In this document: positions 22,309 through 32,600 of the stretch, piece by piece
Layout: the number at the start of each line of letters is the position of its first letter
Position numbering within the stretch: the stretch's first letter is position 1
NCBI GenBank assembly: GCA_964597105.1
Contig: CAZQXX010000004.1
Coordinates: forward strand, 1-38,727
DNA from: an uncultured Anaerolineales bacterium
Lineage (GTDB): Bacteria > Chloroflexota > Anaerolineae > B4-G1
Direction: 5' to 3'
Length of the DNA stretch: 38,727 nt
Made by a program: the position numbers and the translations under genes
Notes under the pieces: model-generated
Told to the model about the DNA's origin: nothing
Seen by the model: only the letters and a program-made list of their open reading frames with translations
The model's database searches: none

Positions 22309-23019
22309 TCAGAACCCCATCTGTTCCCGAGCCGCGCACCACAGGTTGGTGCGAATCTGTCCCTGCTCGCGGCCGAACCGGCGGAGGAAAGCCTCTAGCT
22401 CTGCCCGTTTTGACTCTCTCCCTTGAGGGCAGGGGGGTCGGTCCGGATAGCCCGCTGCCCCTGCGTATCGGGCGAGCTCCTTCTCCGGAAGCAAGATCAG
22501 GGGACGGATCACCGTCACCGCGCCGTCGAAGAACGCCACCTGCGGTTCCATCGTCTCCAGCCTGCCCTGGAACATGAGGTTCATCAGCGTGGTCACCGCG
22601 GCGTCGTCGGCGTGGTGGCCGAGGGCGAGCTTGTCGCAGCCCAGGTCGACGCTGGCCGTGAAGAGGGCCTTGCGCCGATTCCAGGAGCAGCGGAAGCAGT
22701 CGAGGGGGAGCGGCTCGTCGGGCGGTAGCTCCAGCGGCACGAAGCGGTAGTCCATCCCCAGCTCTTCGAACCACGGGGCGAGCTCCGGGCGGAAGTCGGG
22801 CAGTCCGGCCTCTACACCGACCACGTGGAGCGCCAGCAGGTCGTAGCGGGTGGGGCTCTGCCGCCGGTGGCGTATCAGGAGGTCGAGCATCGACCGGCTG
22901 TCCTTCCCGCCGGAGATCGCCACCGCCACCCGGTCTCCATCCTCGATGAGCTCGAACTCACCGACGGCGCGGGTCACATCCTTCAGCAGGAAGTAGGCGA
23001 TGCGCTCCGGGTCGGTCAC
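22309..23019 (-). CDS. ttcA: TtcA-family PP-loop ATPase (tRNA 2-thiocytidine synthetase-like)
   Basis: PP-loop VAISGGKDS, CFRCSWNRRKALF (matching the CxxC..RRG block of TtcA), LALGHHADD, and a third Cys in PPCPQG. GTG start at 23019. Confidence 0.8.
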   Translation of the reverse strand: MTDPERIAYFLLKDVTRAVGEFELIEDGDRVAVAISGGKDSRSMLDLLIRHRRQSPTRYDLLALHVVGVEAGLPDFRPELAPWFEELGMDYRFVPLELPPDEPLPLDCFRCSWNRRKALFTASVDLGCDKLALGHHADDAAVTTLMNLMFQGRLETMEPQVAFFDGAVTVIRPLILLPEKELARYAGAAGYPDRPPCPQGRESKRAELEAFLRRFGREQGQIRTNLWCAAREQMGF

Positions 23020-23099
23020 GGCTCCTTGTCGGTGCTTACGGGTCTACGGTCCCGGACGAGAGCGGGCACGCGCATCGGTCATTGGCCCATTGATCATGG

Positions 23100-24125
23100 T
23101 CAGTTGATCTCCCGCCCCTCGTACTGCCGTCGGTAGTACTCCCGGTAGTGCTCGCCGCTCTTGATCGGTCGCCACCACCACTCGTTATCGACGTACCATC
23201 GCACCGTCTTCTCGATGGCGTCGGCGCAGGTGTGCGCCGGCTCCCAACCCAGGGCGCGGATCTTGCTTATGTCGAGCGAGTAGCGGCGGTCGTGGCCCGC
23301 GCGGTCTCGAACGGGCTGGATGAGGCTCTCCGGCTTCTCGAGCAACTCCAGGATCAGGTGGGTCATCTCGATGTTGGGCATCTCCGTGCCCGTGCCCACG
23401 TTGTAGATCCCGCCGATCTCGCCCTCGTGGAGCACCAGGTCGATTGCCTCGCAATGATCCAGCACGTAGTGGTAGTCGCGCACCTGCAGGCCGTCGCCGT
23501 AGAGGGGCAGCGGTTGATCGTCGATGGCGTTCGTGGTGAAGAGCGGGACCACCTTCTCCGGATACTGGTAGGGGCCGATGTTGTTTGCGCCCCGGGTGAT
23601 TGTGACCGGCAGATCGTAGGTCACGTGGTAGGCGTTGACCATCACGTCCGCGCTGGCCTTGCTGGCGGCATAAGGGCTTCGGGGCGCGATTGGGTCGCTC
23701 TCCTTGGAAGCCCCTTCGGGGACGTGACCGTAGACCTCGTCGGTGCTGATCTGATGGTAGCGCGCCAGTCCGAACTCCCGGGCTGCCTCCAGCAGCGTAT
23801 AGGTGCCGTAGACGTCGGTCTTGATGAACGCATCCGGGTCCATGATGGAGCGGTCGACGTGAGTCTCGGCGGCGAAGTTGACGATCGTATCCACGTCGTG
23901 GTCCTGGATCGCCTGCCTCACCTGATCGCCCTGACAGATATCCCCTCTGACGAAGGCGTACCGGTCGCCGAAGGTCTCCTCCACGTCCTTAAGGTTGTCT
24001 AGATTGCCGGCATAGGTCAGTTTGTCGTACACCACGACCCGGTAGTCGGGGTACTTCTCCAGCAAGTAGCGGGTGAAGTTAGAGCCGATGAATCCAGCGC
24101 CGCCCGTGATCAGCAGATTGCGCAC
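23100..24125 (-). CDS. rfbB: dTDP-glucose 4,6-dehydratase
   Basis: LITGGAGFIGSNF, YDKLTYAGNLDNL, the YAASKA catalytic Tyr/Lys block, and a C-terminus typical of RfbB. Start set to the GTG at 24123-24125 (VRNLLITGG), 6 nt after a perfect AGGAGG. The ORF-track start at 24254 adds 43 implausible residues. Confidence 0.9.
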   Translation of the reverse strand: MRNLLITGGAGFIGSNFTRYLLEKYPDYRVVVYDKLTYAGNLDNLKDVEETFGDRYAFVRGDICQGDQVRQAIQDHDVDTIVNFAAETHVDRSIMDPDAFIKTDVYGTYTLLEAAREFGLARYHQISTDEVYGHVPEGASKESDPIAPRSPYAASKASADVMVNAYHVTYDLPVTITRGANNIGPYQYPEKVVPLFTTNAIDDQPLPLYGDGLQVRDYHYVLDHCEAIDLVLHEGEIGGIYNVGTGTEMPNIEMTHLILELLEKPESLIQPVRDRAGHDRRYSLDISKIRALGWEPAHTCADAIEKTVRWYVDNEWWWRPIKSGEHYREYYRRQYEGREIN

Positions 24126-24187
24126 CAGAGACCTCCTGTCTCTCCACATCAATGCCCGGAGGGGGCATTCGAAGGTATTGGGGAACG

Positions 24188-24215
24188 ATTCTACCACAAG
24201 CCCCCGCTGCGACAA
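24188..24215 (-). promoter_or_regulatory. extended -10 promoter candidate for rfbB-ttcA
   Basis: Minus-strand TTGTCG (plus 24210-24215), 16-nt spacer, TGgTAGAAT (-10 at plus 24188-24193). The roughly 55-nt leader contains hairpin AATGCCC/GGGCATT (24151-24169). Confidence 0.5.
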
Positions 24216-24217
24216 CC

Positions 24218-24245
24218 TTGACTTGACCGTTGGACGTGCTATCAT
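24218..24245 (+). promoter_or_regulatory. extended -10 promoter candidate for the TPR-to-Wzy-like operon
   Basis: TTGACT (24218-24223), 16-nt spacer, TGcTATCAT (-10 at 24240-24245). It sits back-to-back with the rfbB promoter. GAGGA lies 7 nt before the ATG at 24271. Confidence 0.55.
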
Positions 24246-24270
24246 TGTCCCCACCTATGAGGATCAACAG

Positions 24271-25776
24271 ATGTATCTAGGATCACGACCCAGAAAGCGC
24301 CGTTCCTCTGTCTGGCGTGTATTGACGCTCCTGATATTGATCGGTATCGCTCTTTATGTCCTGGTCCAGGTGAACCAGGCACCTGTCGAGTCGGCGGTCG
24401 TTCCCACGCCGACGCCCACGCGTCACCCGTCGTCCTACTTCACGGAGGCGGAGGAGCTATACCAGCAGGGAGATCTACGGGGGGCCATCGCTGCGTACGA
24501 GCAGGCACTAGAGCTCAACCCGGGCAGAGTGGAGGCACGGATCTCCCTGGCTCGCCTGCTGGCCCTCGATGGGCGGACGAGCGAAGCTGTGCAAGTCGCG
24601 CAGCGGGCTGTGGAGCGGGCGCCGGAGAACGCCGATGGGTGGGCCGTTCTCGGCATGGCCTACGACTGGCACGGTCAGGTCGATCGCGCCCTCGAGGCCT
24701 GCCGGCACGCGATCGACCTCACGCCAGACCATGCGGATGCCCACGCCTATCTGGCCGAGGCTCACGTGGACTCGGGAAACTGGGCGGAGGCGACGGAGAT
24801 TGCCAGTAAGGCCCTGGATCTGGATGGCAACAGCGTGGACGTCCAGCGCAACTATGGCTACGTGATGGAGGTTCAGGGAAACTACACGGCGGCCATCGAG
24901 GCCTACAAGCGGGCGCTGGAGATCCATCCCAACCTGGCTTACCTCCATATCGCCCTGGGCAACAACTATCTGGCGCTCGGTGACGTCGGTGCGGGGATGA
25001 AGAGCTTCCAGCGGGCTACCGAGGTTGACCCGAAGAGCGTACGGGCCTACTATCGGCTGGGACGGGCCCACTATGAGCGTGGCGAGCTTGACCAGGCGCA
25101 GGAGGTCCTGGAGCAGGCGGTGGACGTCGATCCTCAGTTCGGGCTGGCCTTCGGCTACCTGGGCTTCACGTACTGGAGCCGCAGAAACTACGAGGAGGCC
25201 ATCCCGAATCTGGAGCGTGCCATCAGGCTCGAGTCCGCGACTGCGCGGCGTCGAGCCCGCCGGTTCTTCATTACGCTCGAGCCTGACGCGGGGCGCGTGA
25301 CGACCCCGTCGTCCTCCGTGGTGATGAGCGGCGACTTCGCTCCCCGGTCGCTCGGCGACGGCAATACCCTGCGCGCTGACCTGGAACCCCTGCCCCCGGA
25401 CGCTGGATGGCAGGAGGCCCGGGGGTCCGTGAGCCTGGACGCGCGCACCGGGGTCTACACAGTCACGCTGGAGAAGCCGCCTGAGGCCCGGCACGACGAG
25501 GTCTACGTGGGCTGGTTTGAGGGCGTGCAGGCCCTGACGGGCCATCCGCTGAGCACAGGACGGCTGAGCCTGAGCAATGGCGACTTCGAGGCGGCATTTG
25601 AGGCCGATCAGGTCCGCGGGCCGCGCATCGACTACTTCTACACCCTGGGCCTGGCCCACTTTTACCTCGATGAATGTGAGAAGGCTACCCCATTCTTCGA
25701 GGCGGCGCTTGAGATCGATCCGGAGGCTGAGAATGCGCTTCAGGGTATGCGACTCTGTCAGCAGGTGGAGGGATGA
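24271..25776 (+). CDS. membrane-anchored tetratricopeptide-repeat protein
   Basis: N-terminal TM segment (VWRVLTLLILIGIALYVLV), then at least 8 TPR units (for example AIAAYEQALELNPGRVEA, ALEACRHAIDLTPDHADA, AIEAYKRALEIHPNLAYL). A roughly 130-aa non-TPR insert precedes the last repeat. Start moved to the ATG at 24271. Confidence 0.8.
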   Translation: MYLGSRPRKRRSSVWRVLTLLILIGIALYVLVQVNQAPVESAVVPTPTPTRHPSSYFTEAEELYQQGDLRGAIAAYEQALELNPGRVEARISLARLLALDGRTSEAVQVAQRAVERAPENADGWAVLGMAYDWHGQVDRALEACRHAIDLTPDHADAHAYLAEAHVDSGNWAEATEIASKALDLDGNSVDVQRNYGYVMEVQGNYTAAIEAYKRALEIHPNLAYLHIALGNNYLALGDVGAGMKSFQRATEVDPKSVRAYYRLGRAHYERGELDQAQEVLEQAVDVDPQFGLAFGYLGFTYWSRRNYEEAIPNLERAIRLESATARRRARRFFITLEPDAGRVTTPSSSVVMSGDFAPRSLGDGNTLRADLEPLPPDAGWQEARGSVSLDARTGVYTVTLEKPPEARHDEVYVGWFEGVQALTGHPLSTGRLSLSNGDFEAAFEADQVRGPRIDYFYTLGLAHFYLDECEKATPFFEAALEIDPEAENALQGMRLCQQVEG

Positions 25777-25806
25777 CCTCGCCCGGCCGCTAGGGTGGGG
25801 CCGGAC

Positions 25807-26556
25807 ATGTCGATGATCCTCGTCTTCTTCTTGCTCGGTGTCTTGGTGGGCGGCATGGTCAATCGGCTCGGCTCAGACCTGCCGGCGCGGCGGCGTCCGA
25901 CGAGGCCCCATTGCCCGTATTGCGGGGAGGGGCGTCCCTGGTGGCAGTGGCTCGGCCTGTCTGCCTATCTGACCGGGCGGGCGGCATGCCCCTCCTGCGG
26001 GGCGCCCATTGGTCTGCGTCACCCTCTGGTGGAGATCGGCCTGGGCCTCACCTATGCCTATCTGTGGATGACGATCGACTCTTCGGTCAGGCTGGGTTTC
26101 TATCTCCTCTACAGCGCGATCCTTGCCCTCATCCTCGTCACGGATATCGAGCGCCGCCTGATCCTGAACGTGGTGACCTACCCGGCCATCGTCCTCGGTT
26201 TCGTCGCCAGTTTCTTCATGCCGGCCATGACCTGGTGGAACGCCCTCATCGGGGGAGGCGTCGGATTGGCCTTCTTCTTCATTGCGGCGGTGCTCGGCGA
26301 CGCGCTATTTGGATCGGGGGCGATGGGGGGCGGTGACGTGAAGCTGGCCGCCTTCGTCGGCCTGATCACGGGCTTCCCCCTCGTCATCGAGGCCATCGTG
26401 CTCACCATTCTGATCGGCGCGGCCGTCAGCCTGGTGCTCTTGATCACCGGGGCGCGCAGCATGGACGACTACGTGCCTTATGGTCCATTCCTGGTCGTCG
26501 GCGCGGTCATCACGCTTCTCTGGGGTTATCCCATTGCTGAATGGTTCCTCTCCTAG
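25807..26556 (+). CDS. prepilin peptidase (A24 family, PilD-like)
   Basis: N-terminal zinc-finger CPYCG...CPSCG, polytopic membrane core, and the catalytic-Asp block GMGGGDVKLAAFVG. The start is either the ATG at 25807 or the GTG at 25795. Confidence 0.85.
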   Translation: MSMILVFFLLGVLVGGMVNRLGSDLPARRRPTRPHCPYCGEGRPWWQWLGLSAYLTGRAACPSCGAPIGLRHPLVEIGLGLTYAYLWMTIDSSVRLGFYLLYSAILALILVTDIERRLILNVVTYPAIVLGFVASFFMPAMTWWNALIGGGVGLAFFFIAAVLGDALFGSGAMGGGDVKLAAFVGLITGFPLVIEAIVLTILIGAAVSLVLLITGARSMDDYVPYGPFLVVGAVITLLWGYPIAEWFLS

Positions 26557-27461
26557 ATAGGGCCCCCCCGCCTGACCACATTCTGCCCTGGCTCCTTGAG
26601 CCCCGCAACCCCTCGGCCCGCTATCTGGCTCTGACCCGGCTGCTCGGCCGTCCTGGTGACGATCCTCAGGTTCTGGCCGCTCGAGCCGCCATCCCGCGGG
26701 CCGGTCCCGCTCGCGATATCCTCCGTGCTCAGTACCCTCAGGGCTACTGGATGCACCCTGGTATCGGCCATAGTCCCCGCTGCCGGGCCACCCTGTGGCA
26801 GATCCTGTTCCTGGCCCAGCTCGGCGTGGGGCGCGGCGGAGCGCTGGATCGCGCCGTGGAGCATCTGTTTAGGGCGAATCAGCGCGAGGACGGCGCCTTC
26901 CGCGCCAGCAAGGAGCAGAGGGATACGCCCGCCTGTCTCAACGGCAGTCTCCTCTGGGCTCTGGAGACCCTCGGCTTCGGAGAATCTCCGCCGGTGCGCC
27001 GGGCCTGGTCGTGGCTGGCGGAGACGGTGGCCGCGCACGGGATCGAGGGGACGTACCCCGACGGTCAGGCCTGCCCCTGGGCGGGGGTCAAGGTGCTGTG
27101 GGCGACGAACGCAGTCCCGCAGCGTCGGCGCGCTGACGCGGTGCGGAGCCTGGCGCAGGCCGCTGCCGAGCGGCTGCTGGGCGGCGTGCCCCGTCCGGAT
27201 CGAGACGACGCCCGCTGGTTCCGCCTGACCTTCCCGCTGGCTCACACCGCCGATCTCCTCCAGTGGCTGGAGGTGCTGGTGGGTGCCGGCCACGGCGACG
27301 ATCCGCGCCTCGACGGTGCCCGCTCCTGGCTGGCTGAGAGGCGGCGCCCTGACGGCACCTGGTCGCTGGAGCGCACTCCCGGCAAGCAGTGGGCCCACTT
27401 CGGAGCGGTGGGGGAGCCGAACAAGTGGGTCACGCTCCGCGCCCTGGCCGTGAGCGCGTGA
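26541..27461 (+). CDS. prenyltransferase/squalene-oxidase-repeat-like (alpha/alpha-toroid) hypothetical protein
   Basis: The 306-aa ORF overlaps the pilD-like stop by 16 nt. Repeated aromatic/Gly blocks (GYWMHPG, DGAFRAS, DGTWSLE) resemble terpenoid-cyclase/prenyltransferase repeats. This assignment is by eye only. Confidence 0.55.
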   Translation: MVPLLDRAPPPDHILPWLLEPRNPSARYLALTRLLGRPGDDPQVLAARAAIPRAGPARDILRAQYPQGYWMHPGIGHSPRCRATLWQILFLAQLGVGRGGALDRAVEHLFRANQREDGAFRASKEQRDTPACLNGSLLWALETLGFGESPPVRRAWSWLAETVAAHGIEGTYPDGQACPWAGVKVLWATNAVPQRRRADAVRSLAQAAAERLLGGVPRPDRDDARWFRLTFPLAHTADLLQWLEVLVGAGHGDDPRLDGARSWLAERRRPDGTWSLERTPGKQWAHFGAVGEPNKWVTLRALAVSA

Positions 27462-27483
27462 GGTCCGGCAGGGATCGGGGGCG

Positions 27484-29073
27484 ATGACCGACCGGCGAGC
27501 TGCGGACCTTGTCCCGCCGTCGGCGCCGGGGATTAAGCGGCGCCGGGTGGTCAGGTGGGGCCTCCTGCTCGCCGTGGTGGTGGGCGGTCTCCTGCGTTTC
27601 TACCGCATCAGCGATCAAGGTCTATGGATCGACGAGGCGTTCAGCCTCTGGCTAACGCGGCGTTCACTAACGGATATGGTCCGCTGGGTGTCGACGGTCG
27701 ATCACCACCCGCCCCTCTATTACGCCCTGTTGCACGGGTGGGTGCGCATCGTCGGTGACGCCCAGGGTGCTGTGCGGGCTCTGTCGGCGCTCCTCGGCAC
27801 GCTGACCATCCCCGTTGCCTACGCGCTGGGCCGGCGGCTGGCGGATGAGTGGGTCGGGTTGGCCGCAGCGCTGATTCTGGCCCTCTCGCCCTTCCACGTG
27901 CGGTTTGCGCAGGAGGCGCGCATGTACACCCTCCTCACCTGGAGCGTGTCGCTGGCCCTGTATGCGGTGCTGCGCCTGCTCGACCGTCGCGACGGAGGCT
28001 CCCTCGACCTTACCCCCGAGGCCCGCTTCCTCCCCTGGGCCGGCTACGTGGTCCTCACCGCGGTCGCGCTCTGGACGCATAACGCCGCCGTCCTCTTCCC
28101 GCTGTCGCTCAACCTCTTCGTCGCCGGCGCGGCCTTGATCGAGAGGGTCCGTGGGTCCGTCCGCCGCTCCCTCTGGTCACCCCCGTGGCTCCGGACGTGG
28201 GCGCTGGCCCAGGCGGCCGTCCTGCTCTTCTGGCTCCCCTGGCTGCCGTCGCTCATCAGCCAGGCTGTGGGCGTCTACCAGCGCTTCTGGCTCCCGGCGC
28301 CGACCCTGGGGACCGTGCTGAGCGTGGTCAGCGTCCTCCTGTGCGACTTCCTTCCGTTCCCGCTGGCCGTCATCGTCGCGGTGGACCTCGCCCTCATCGG
28401 TCTGGCGCTGCTCGGCCTCCGGCACCTGAGTCGGAGCAGGCTCCATGGTGCCATCCACGGAGCCCTTTTGTCGGTCGTCTTCCTGGTTCCTCTCATAGGC
28501 GAATCGGTCGTCAGTCTCTGGCGTCCCGTCCTCCACGCCCCGACGCTGATCTGGGCCTCGATCCCCGTGGTGTTGCTAGTCTCGGCCGGCCTGGGGGAGG
28601 TGAGGCAGCTTTTCTCTTCGAGGTGGGCCTTTCTTCTCGCTCTGGTCGCCGTGCTGGTGATCAGCGGGACCGGGCTGACCGGCTACTTCACCGGCTTCAC
28701 GAAGGAGGAGTGGGACGACGCGGCCTCCCTGGTCGCCGGGCGCGCCCAACGTGATGATCTGATCCTCTTCCACGACGCCTGGGGCCAGATACCCTTTGAC
28801 TACTACTTTCGCGACCGGTACAATGGGCCGGTGACTGCCCACGGGGTCCCGGTGGATTTGTTCGATCGTGGCGTGCTAGAGCCGGAGATGACGGAGGATG
28901 ATCTCCCGCGTCTGCGCGCCCTCGTTCGGGGCCACGACCGGGTCTGGCTCGTGTACAGCCACGAATGGTACACGGACCCCCAGGAGCTGGTGCCGGCCGC
29001 GCTCGACGAGGAGATGGTCCTGCTCCGGCGATGGGAGTTTCAGGGCGTGAAGATCTTGTTATACGGGCGCTGA
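27484..29073 (+). CDS. GT-C fold glycosyltransferase (GT39/ArnT-like, PMT_2-type)
   Basis: LWIDEAFSLW and DHHPPLYYALLHGW in the first loops are hallmark motifs of ArnT/PMT-like enzymes. About 11 TM segments, with a C-terminal soluble domain. Confidence 0.8.
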   Translation: MTDRRAADLVPPSAPGIKRRRVVRWGLLLAVVVGGLLRFYRISDQGLWIDEAFSLWLTRRSLTDMVRWVSTVDHHPPLYYALLHGWVRIVGDAQGAVRALSALLGTLTIPVAYALGRRLADEWVGLAAALILALSPFHVRFAQEARMYTLLTWSVSLALYAVLRLLDRRDGGSLDLTPEARFLPWAGYVVLTAVALWTHNAAVLFPLSLNLFVAGAALIERVRGSVRRSLWSPPWLRTWALAQAAVLLFWLPWLPSLISQAVGVYQRFWLPAPTLGTVLSVVSVLLCDFLPFPLAVIVAVDLALIGLALLGLRHLSRSRLHGAIHGALLSVVFLVPLIGESVVSLWRPVLHAPTLIWASIPVVLLVSAGLGEVRQLFSSRWAFLLALVAVLVISGTGLTGYFTGFTKEEWDDAASLVAGRAQRDDLILFHDAWGQIPFDYYFRDRYNGPVTAHGVPVDLFDRGVLEPEMTEDDLPRLRALVRGHDRVWLVYSHEWYTDPQELVPAALDEEMVLLRRWEFQGVKILLYGR

Positions 29074-29156
29074 GGCACGGCTTCCATCGCGTGCCAGGTA
29101 AGTGCCTGTGCCCCGTCCGATCTCACGCTCTCGAAAAGCAGCAGCGATGTAATGCC

Positions 29157-29699
29157 ATGAAAGCATTCGTCGGTTCTAGAAACCCGGTCAAGATCGCCGC
29201 GACCCGCGCCGTGCTGTCCAGCATCTACCAGGACGCCGTCCGGGTTGAGTCGGTCGACGTGGAGAGCGGCGTGCCGGAGCAACCCTGGGGAGACGCGCAG
29301 ACGCTCCGGGGAGCGCGCCGGCGGGCACGGGAAGCGTTGCGGAGCCAGGGCGCGACCCTGGGCGTGGGGCTCGAGGCCGGCTTGATCGAGGTCGGGGGTG
29401 ACATCTTCACCTGCGCCTGGTGCGTCGTGCTCCACCGCGACGGTAGGGAGGGCGTCGCTGGAGGGGCTAACTTGCTCCTGCCACCGCCCGTGGCGGAGGC
29501 GGTCCGCGCCGGGGCGGAGCTCGGCCCGACCATGGATGCCGTGACCGGGCTCCGCAAGACCAAGCACGGACGGGGCGCCATTGGCATTCTCACCCGGGAG
29601 CATCTCGACCGCCAGTCGTCCTACGAGCACCTGCTCACACTCGCGATGGCCCGCTTCCTCTCTCCGGACTACTACGAGGATGGCAATGTGGGTGAGTAG
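29157..29699 (+). CDS. yjjX: inosine/xanthosine triphosphatase (YjjX/DUF84 NTPase family)
   Basis: N-terminus MKAFVGSRNPVKIAATRAVL and SGVPEQPWGDAQTLRGARRRA match the YjjX family. Start moved to the ATG at 29157. Confidence 0.8.
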   Translation: MKAFVGSRNPVKIAATRAVLSSIYQDAVRVESVDVESGVPEQPWGDAQTLRGARRRAREALRSQGATLGVGLEAGLIEVGGDIFTCAWCVVLHRDGREGVAGGANLLLPPPVAEAVRAGAELGPTMDAVTGLRKTKHGRGAIGILTREHLDRQSSYEHLLTLAMARFLSPDYYEDGNVGE

Positions 29700-32600
29700 T
29701 CTCTTGCGTGGCCGTCGTCGGCCCGAGGGAGCGCGCCGGTACCCCGCCATCCGTTGTCTGGTCTGGCTGGCGCTCCTGATCGCCCTGGTGCTGACTGGTG
29801 TGGAGGTCGTCACCGCCCACCGGAGGCGGGTCCAGTCCATCCCGCAGGGCTTCCCGGCCCCCGTGAGCGGGGCGGACGTGCCGACGCTCGGCGTCAACGT
29901 CTCGCTGGAGCAGTACGATGATCAGGATCTGGACGCGCTGCTGGGGCGCATCGCCGGGGATGGGTTCGTGTGGGTGCGCCAGTCGTTCACCTGGCACCAG
30001 ATTGAGCCCTCGGCCGGTGCCTTCGACTGGTCAGCGTCCGACCGGGTCGTCGAAGCAGTGGGCCGCTTCCCCGCGCTGCGACTCGTTGCCGTGCTCGAGG
30101 ACGATCCACCGTCTCCCCCTGACGATCCGCATCGGTTTGCCGCCTTCGCTGCTGCGTTTGCGGAGCGGTATGGCGACCGAGTGACGGCGTATCAGATCTG
30201 GGACGAGCCGAATCTGGCCGGCAATTGGGGCGGCGCCCGGGTGAGCCCCGCGGCCTACGCCGACCTCCTGACGCGTGCGGCCTCCGCCATTCGCGCCGCC
30301 GACCCGGACGCGCTCATCCTCCTGGCCGGCCTGGCGCCGACGACCGAGACCGGCCCCCAGAACCTGAGCGAGGCGCGCTACCTGGAACGGTTGTACAAGG
30401 CAGGCGCCGGGCCCGCCTTCGACGTCGTGGCTGCCAAGCCGTACGGGTTCGACACCGGGCCCTACGACCGCCGCGTCGACGAGTCGGTCCTCAATTTCTC
30501 CCGCATCTTGCTGCTGCGGCAGGTCATGGTCGAGCACGACGACGGGGACAAAGCGATCTGGGCCAGCCACTGGGGATGGAACGCCCTTCCGCAGGGGTGG
30601 GATGGGGGAACGTCGATCTGGGGGCAGACGGACGAGGAGACACAGGCGTCCTGGTCGGTGGCCGCGCTGGAGCGGGCGCGGACCGAGTGGCCCTGGATCG
30701 GGGCGATGATCATCGAGAACCTGCAGGCCGCTGGCCCTCTGACGACGGCGGACGGGGCGGTGCCCGGGGAGGAGCCCGGGGCGCCGCCCTACGATCCCCG
30801 CTGGGGGTTTTCCCTGCTTGGTCGTGACGGGTCCGCCCGACCCGTCTACGATGCGCTGGCCGCATGGCGACGGTCCCTGCCCGACGGTGCGCCCGTCGGG
30901 GGATATACCATGGACAGCCCGTGGACAGCGTACGAGGGGGACTGGCGTCTCGGGTCGGGAGGTGCTGATCCCGGGCCCGAGCCCGGGCCCGGGTCGGGGG
31001 TCACGGCTGAGAATCGGGCCACCTTCCGCTTCGATGGGACGCGCGTAGCCCTCAGCGTGCGGCGGGGTCCCTACCGCGGCTTCCTCGCTGTCACTGTTGA
31101 TGGAGAACCGGCCAACGCCCTCCCCCGCGACGAAGCGGGACGGGCGTATGTGGTCCTCTACGACCAGGAGCCGGGCCTGGCCACGGTGCCCCTGGTGACC
31201 GGCTTGGAGCCCGGTGGGCACACGGTGACGGTGGCGGTGGAGGGTGGGCACGGGGAGTGGCCCCTGGTCGACTGGCGGGTCGGCGCGACGCCGGTGCAGG
31301 ACGGCACGGCATGGATCTTGGGAGCTCTGGCGGTCGCCGCTCTCATCGTGGGCGCGCTCCTCCTGCTCGAGGCACGGCGGGTCGACTGGACGGGGCTGGC
31401 GGTCCGGTTTCGGGCGTGGCCCGAGTGGGGACAGGCGGGTCTGACCGCGGGGGTGGTGGGCGTCTTCTGGGGCGCGGTCTGGGTGGGCTGGGGCTCCTAC
31501 CCCGCTTACGATGGCTCCCTTAGTCTTGTCCCGGCGACCGGGCTCATCGTCGCGGGGCTGGCGCTGCCGGTCATGGGTTTCCTCTTCGCGCTCCGCCTCG
31601 ACCTGGGTCTGGCGCTCGTGGCCCTGTCCGCGCCCTTCTACCTGGTGCCCGACGCCATGGCCCATCAGGCTGTGAGCGTGCCCCAGATTTTGATCGTCCT
31701 GTGCGCGGTGGCCCATAGCCTGACGCGCCAAGCCCCGTCCTCTCGGCGGCTGTGGTCCCAGCATGTGTCGAGTCTGGCTCGGACGGGGACAGACCTCGCC
31801 GTCGGGCTCCTGCTTGCCGCGGCCCTGGTGGCGAGCGTGGCTGCCGATGATCGTGCCGCCGCCCTCTATGAGCTCTGGACGGTGTTCACGCCGCTGGCCC
31901 TCACCTACGGGCTACTGCGGCTGGCGCGGTTGGACCGGGAGGCCGAATGGCGGGTGGCAGACGGCTTCATTCTGGGAGGGCTCGCCGTCGCCCTCGTCGG
32001 GCTGGCCCAGCTCGCGCTGGGGCGTAACCTGGTGGTGGCTGAGGGAGGGCTGCCCCGTCTCCAGAGCGTCTACCATTCACCCAACAACGTTGGCCTCTAC
32101 CTGGGACGCGTCTGGCCGCTGCTGGCGGCCGTGGCGCTCGTGGGGAGCGGCCGGCGGCGCAAGCTGTACGCCCTGGCCCTGGTGCCGGTGACGGCCGCCC
32201 TCGTGCTCAGCCTCTCCAGAGGAGCACTACTACTGGGGGTTCCAGCCTCCATCGTGGTGATCGGCTGGCTCGCGGGAGGGCGCTTCCGTCGGCTGGCCGT
32301 CGCGCTGCTTCTGGTCGGCGCCGTGTCCCTGGTGCCGTTGCTCCGGCTGCCTCGTTTTGCCGCGTTGTTCGACCTGGGCGAGGGCACGACCTTCTTCCGC
32401 CTCAAACTGTGGCGCAGCACCCTCCAGATGATCCGCGAGCATCCCCTCTTCGGCGTCGGGCCGGGCAACTTCCTGCACGCCTATCGCACCCGCTACGTGC
32501 TGCCTACTGCGTGGGAGGAGTTCAACCTGGAGCACCCTCACAGCATCCTCCTCGACCATTGGACCCGTCTCGGCCTCCTGGGTCTCGTCGCGGGGCTGGC

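Noticed and set aside
23100-24254. Long N-terminal extensions in the ORF track (for example rfbB from 24254, GT2 from 4345, HAD from 13466, TPR from 24073, yjjX from 28965, Wzy-like from 29581, CBS from 34208, ssnA from 35749, dipeptidase from 35948, trmD from 37591)
   Set aside because: In each case the extension overlaps a neighbouring gene or a promoter, lacks family homology, and has an internal start with a good Shine-Dalgarno sequence at the position where the conserved N-terminus begins. The shorter coordinates are reported.
24508-25659. 383-aa minus-strand ORF opposite the TPR gene
   Set aside because: The plus-strand frame shows regular 34-residue TPR periodicity. The minus-strand frame has no motifs and the usual antisense composition.
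30031-31764. 577-aa minus-strand ORF opposite the GH-like/Wzy-like gene
   Set aside because: The composition is extremely Arg/Pro/Gly-rich. It is antisense to a gene with clear TM and Wzy_C motifs. I treat it as a shadow ORF.
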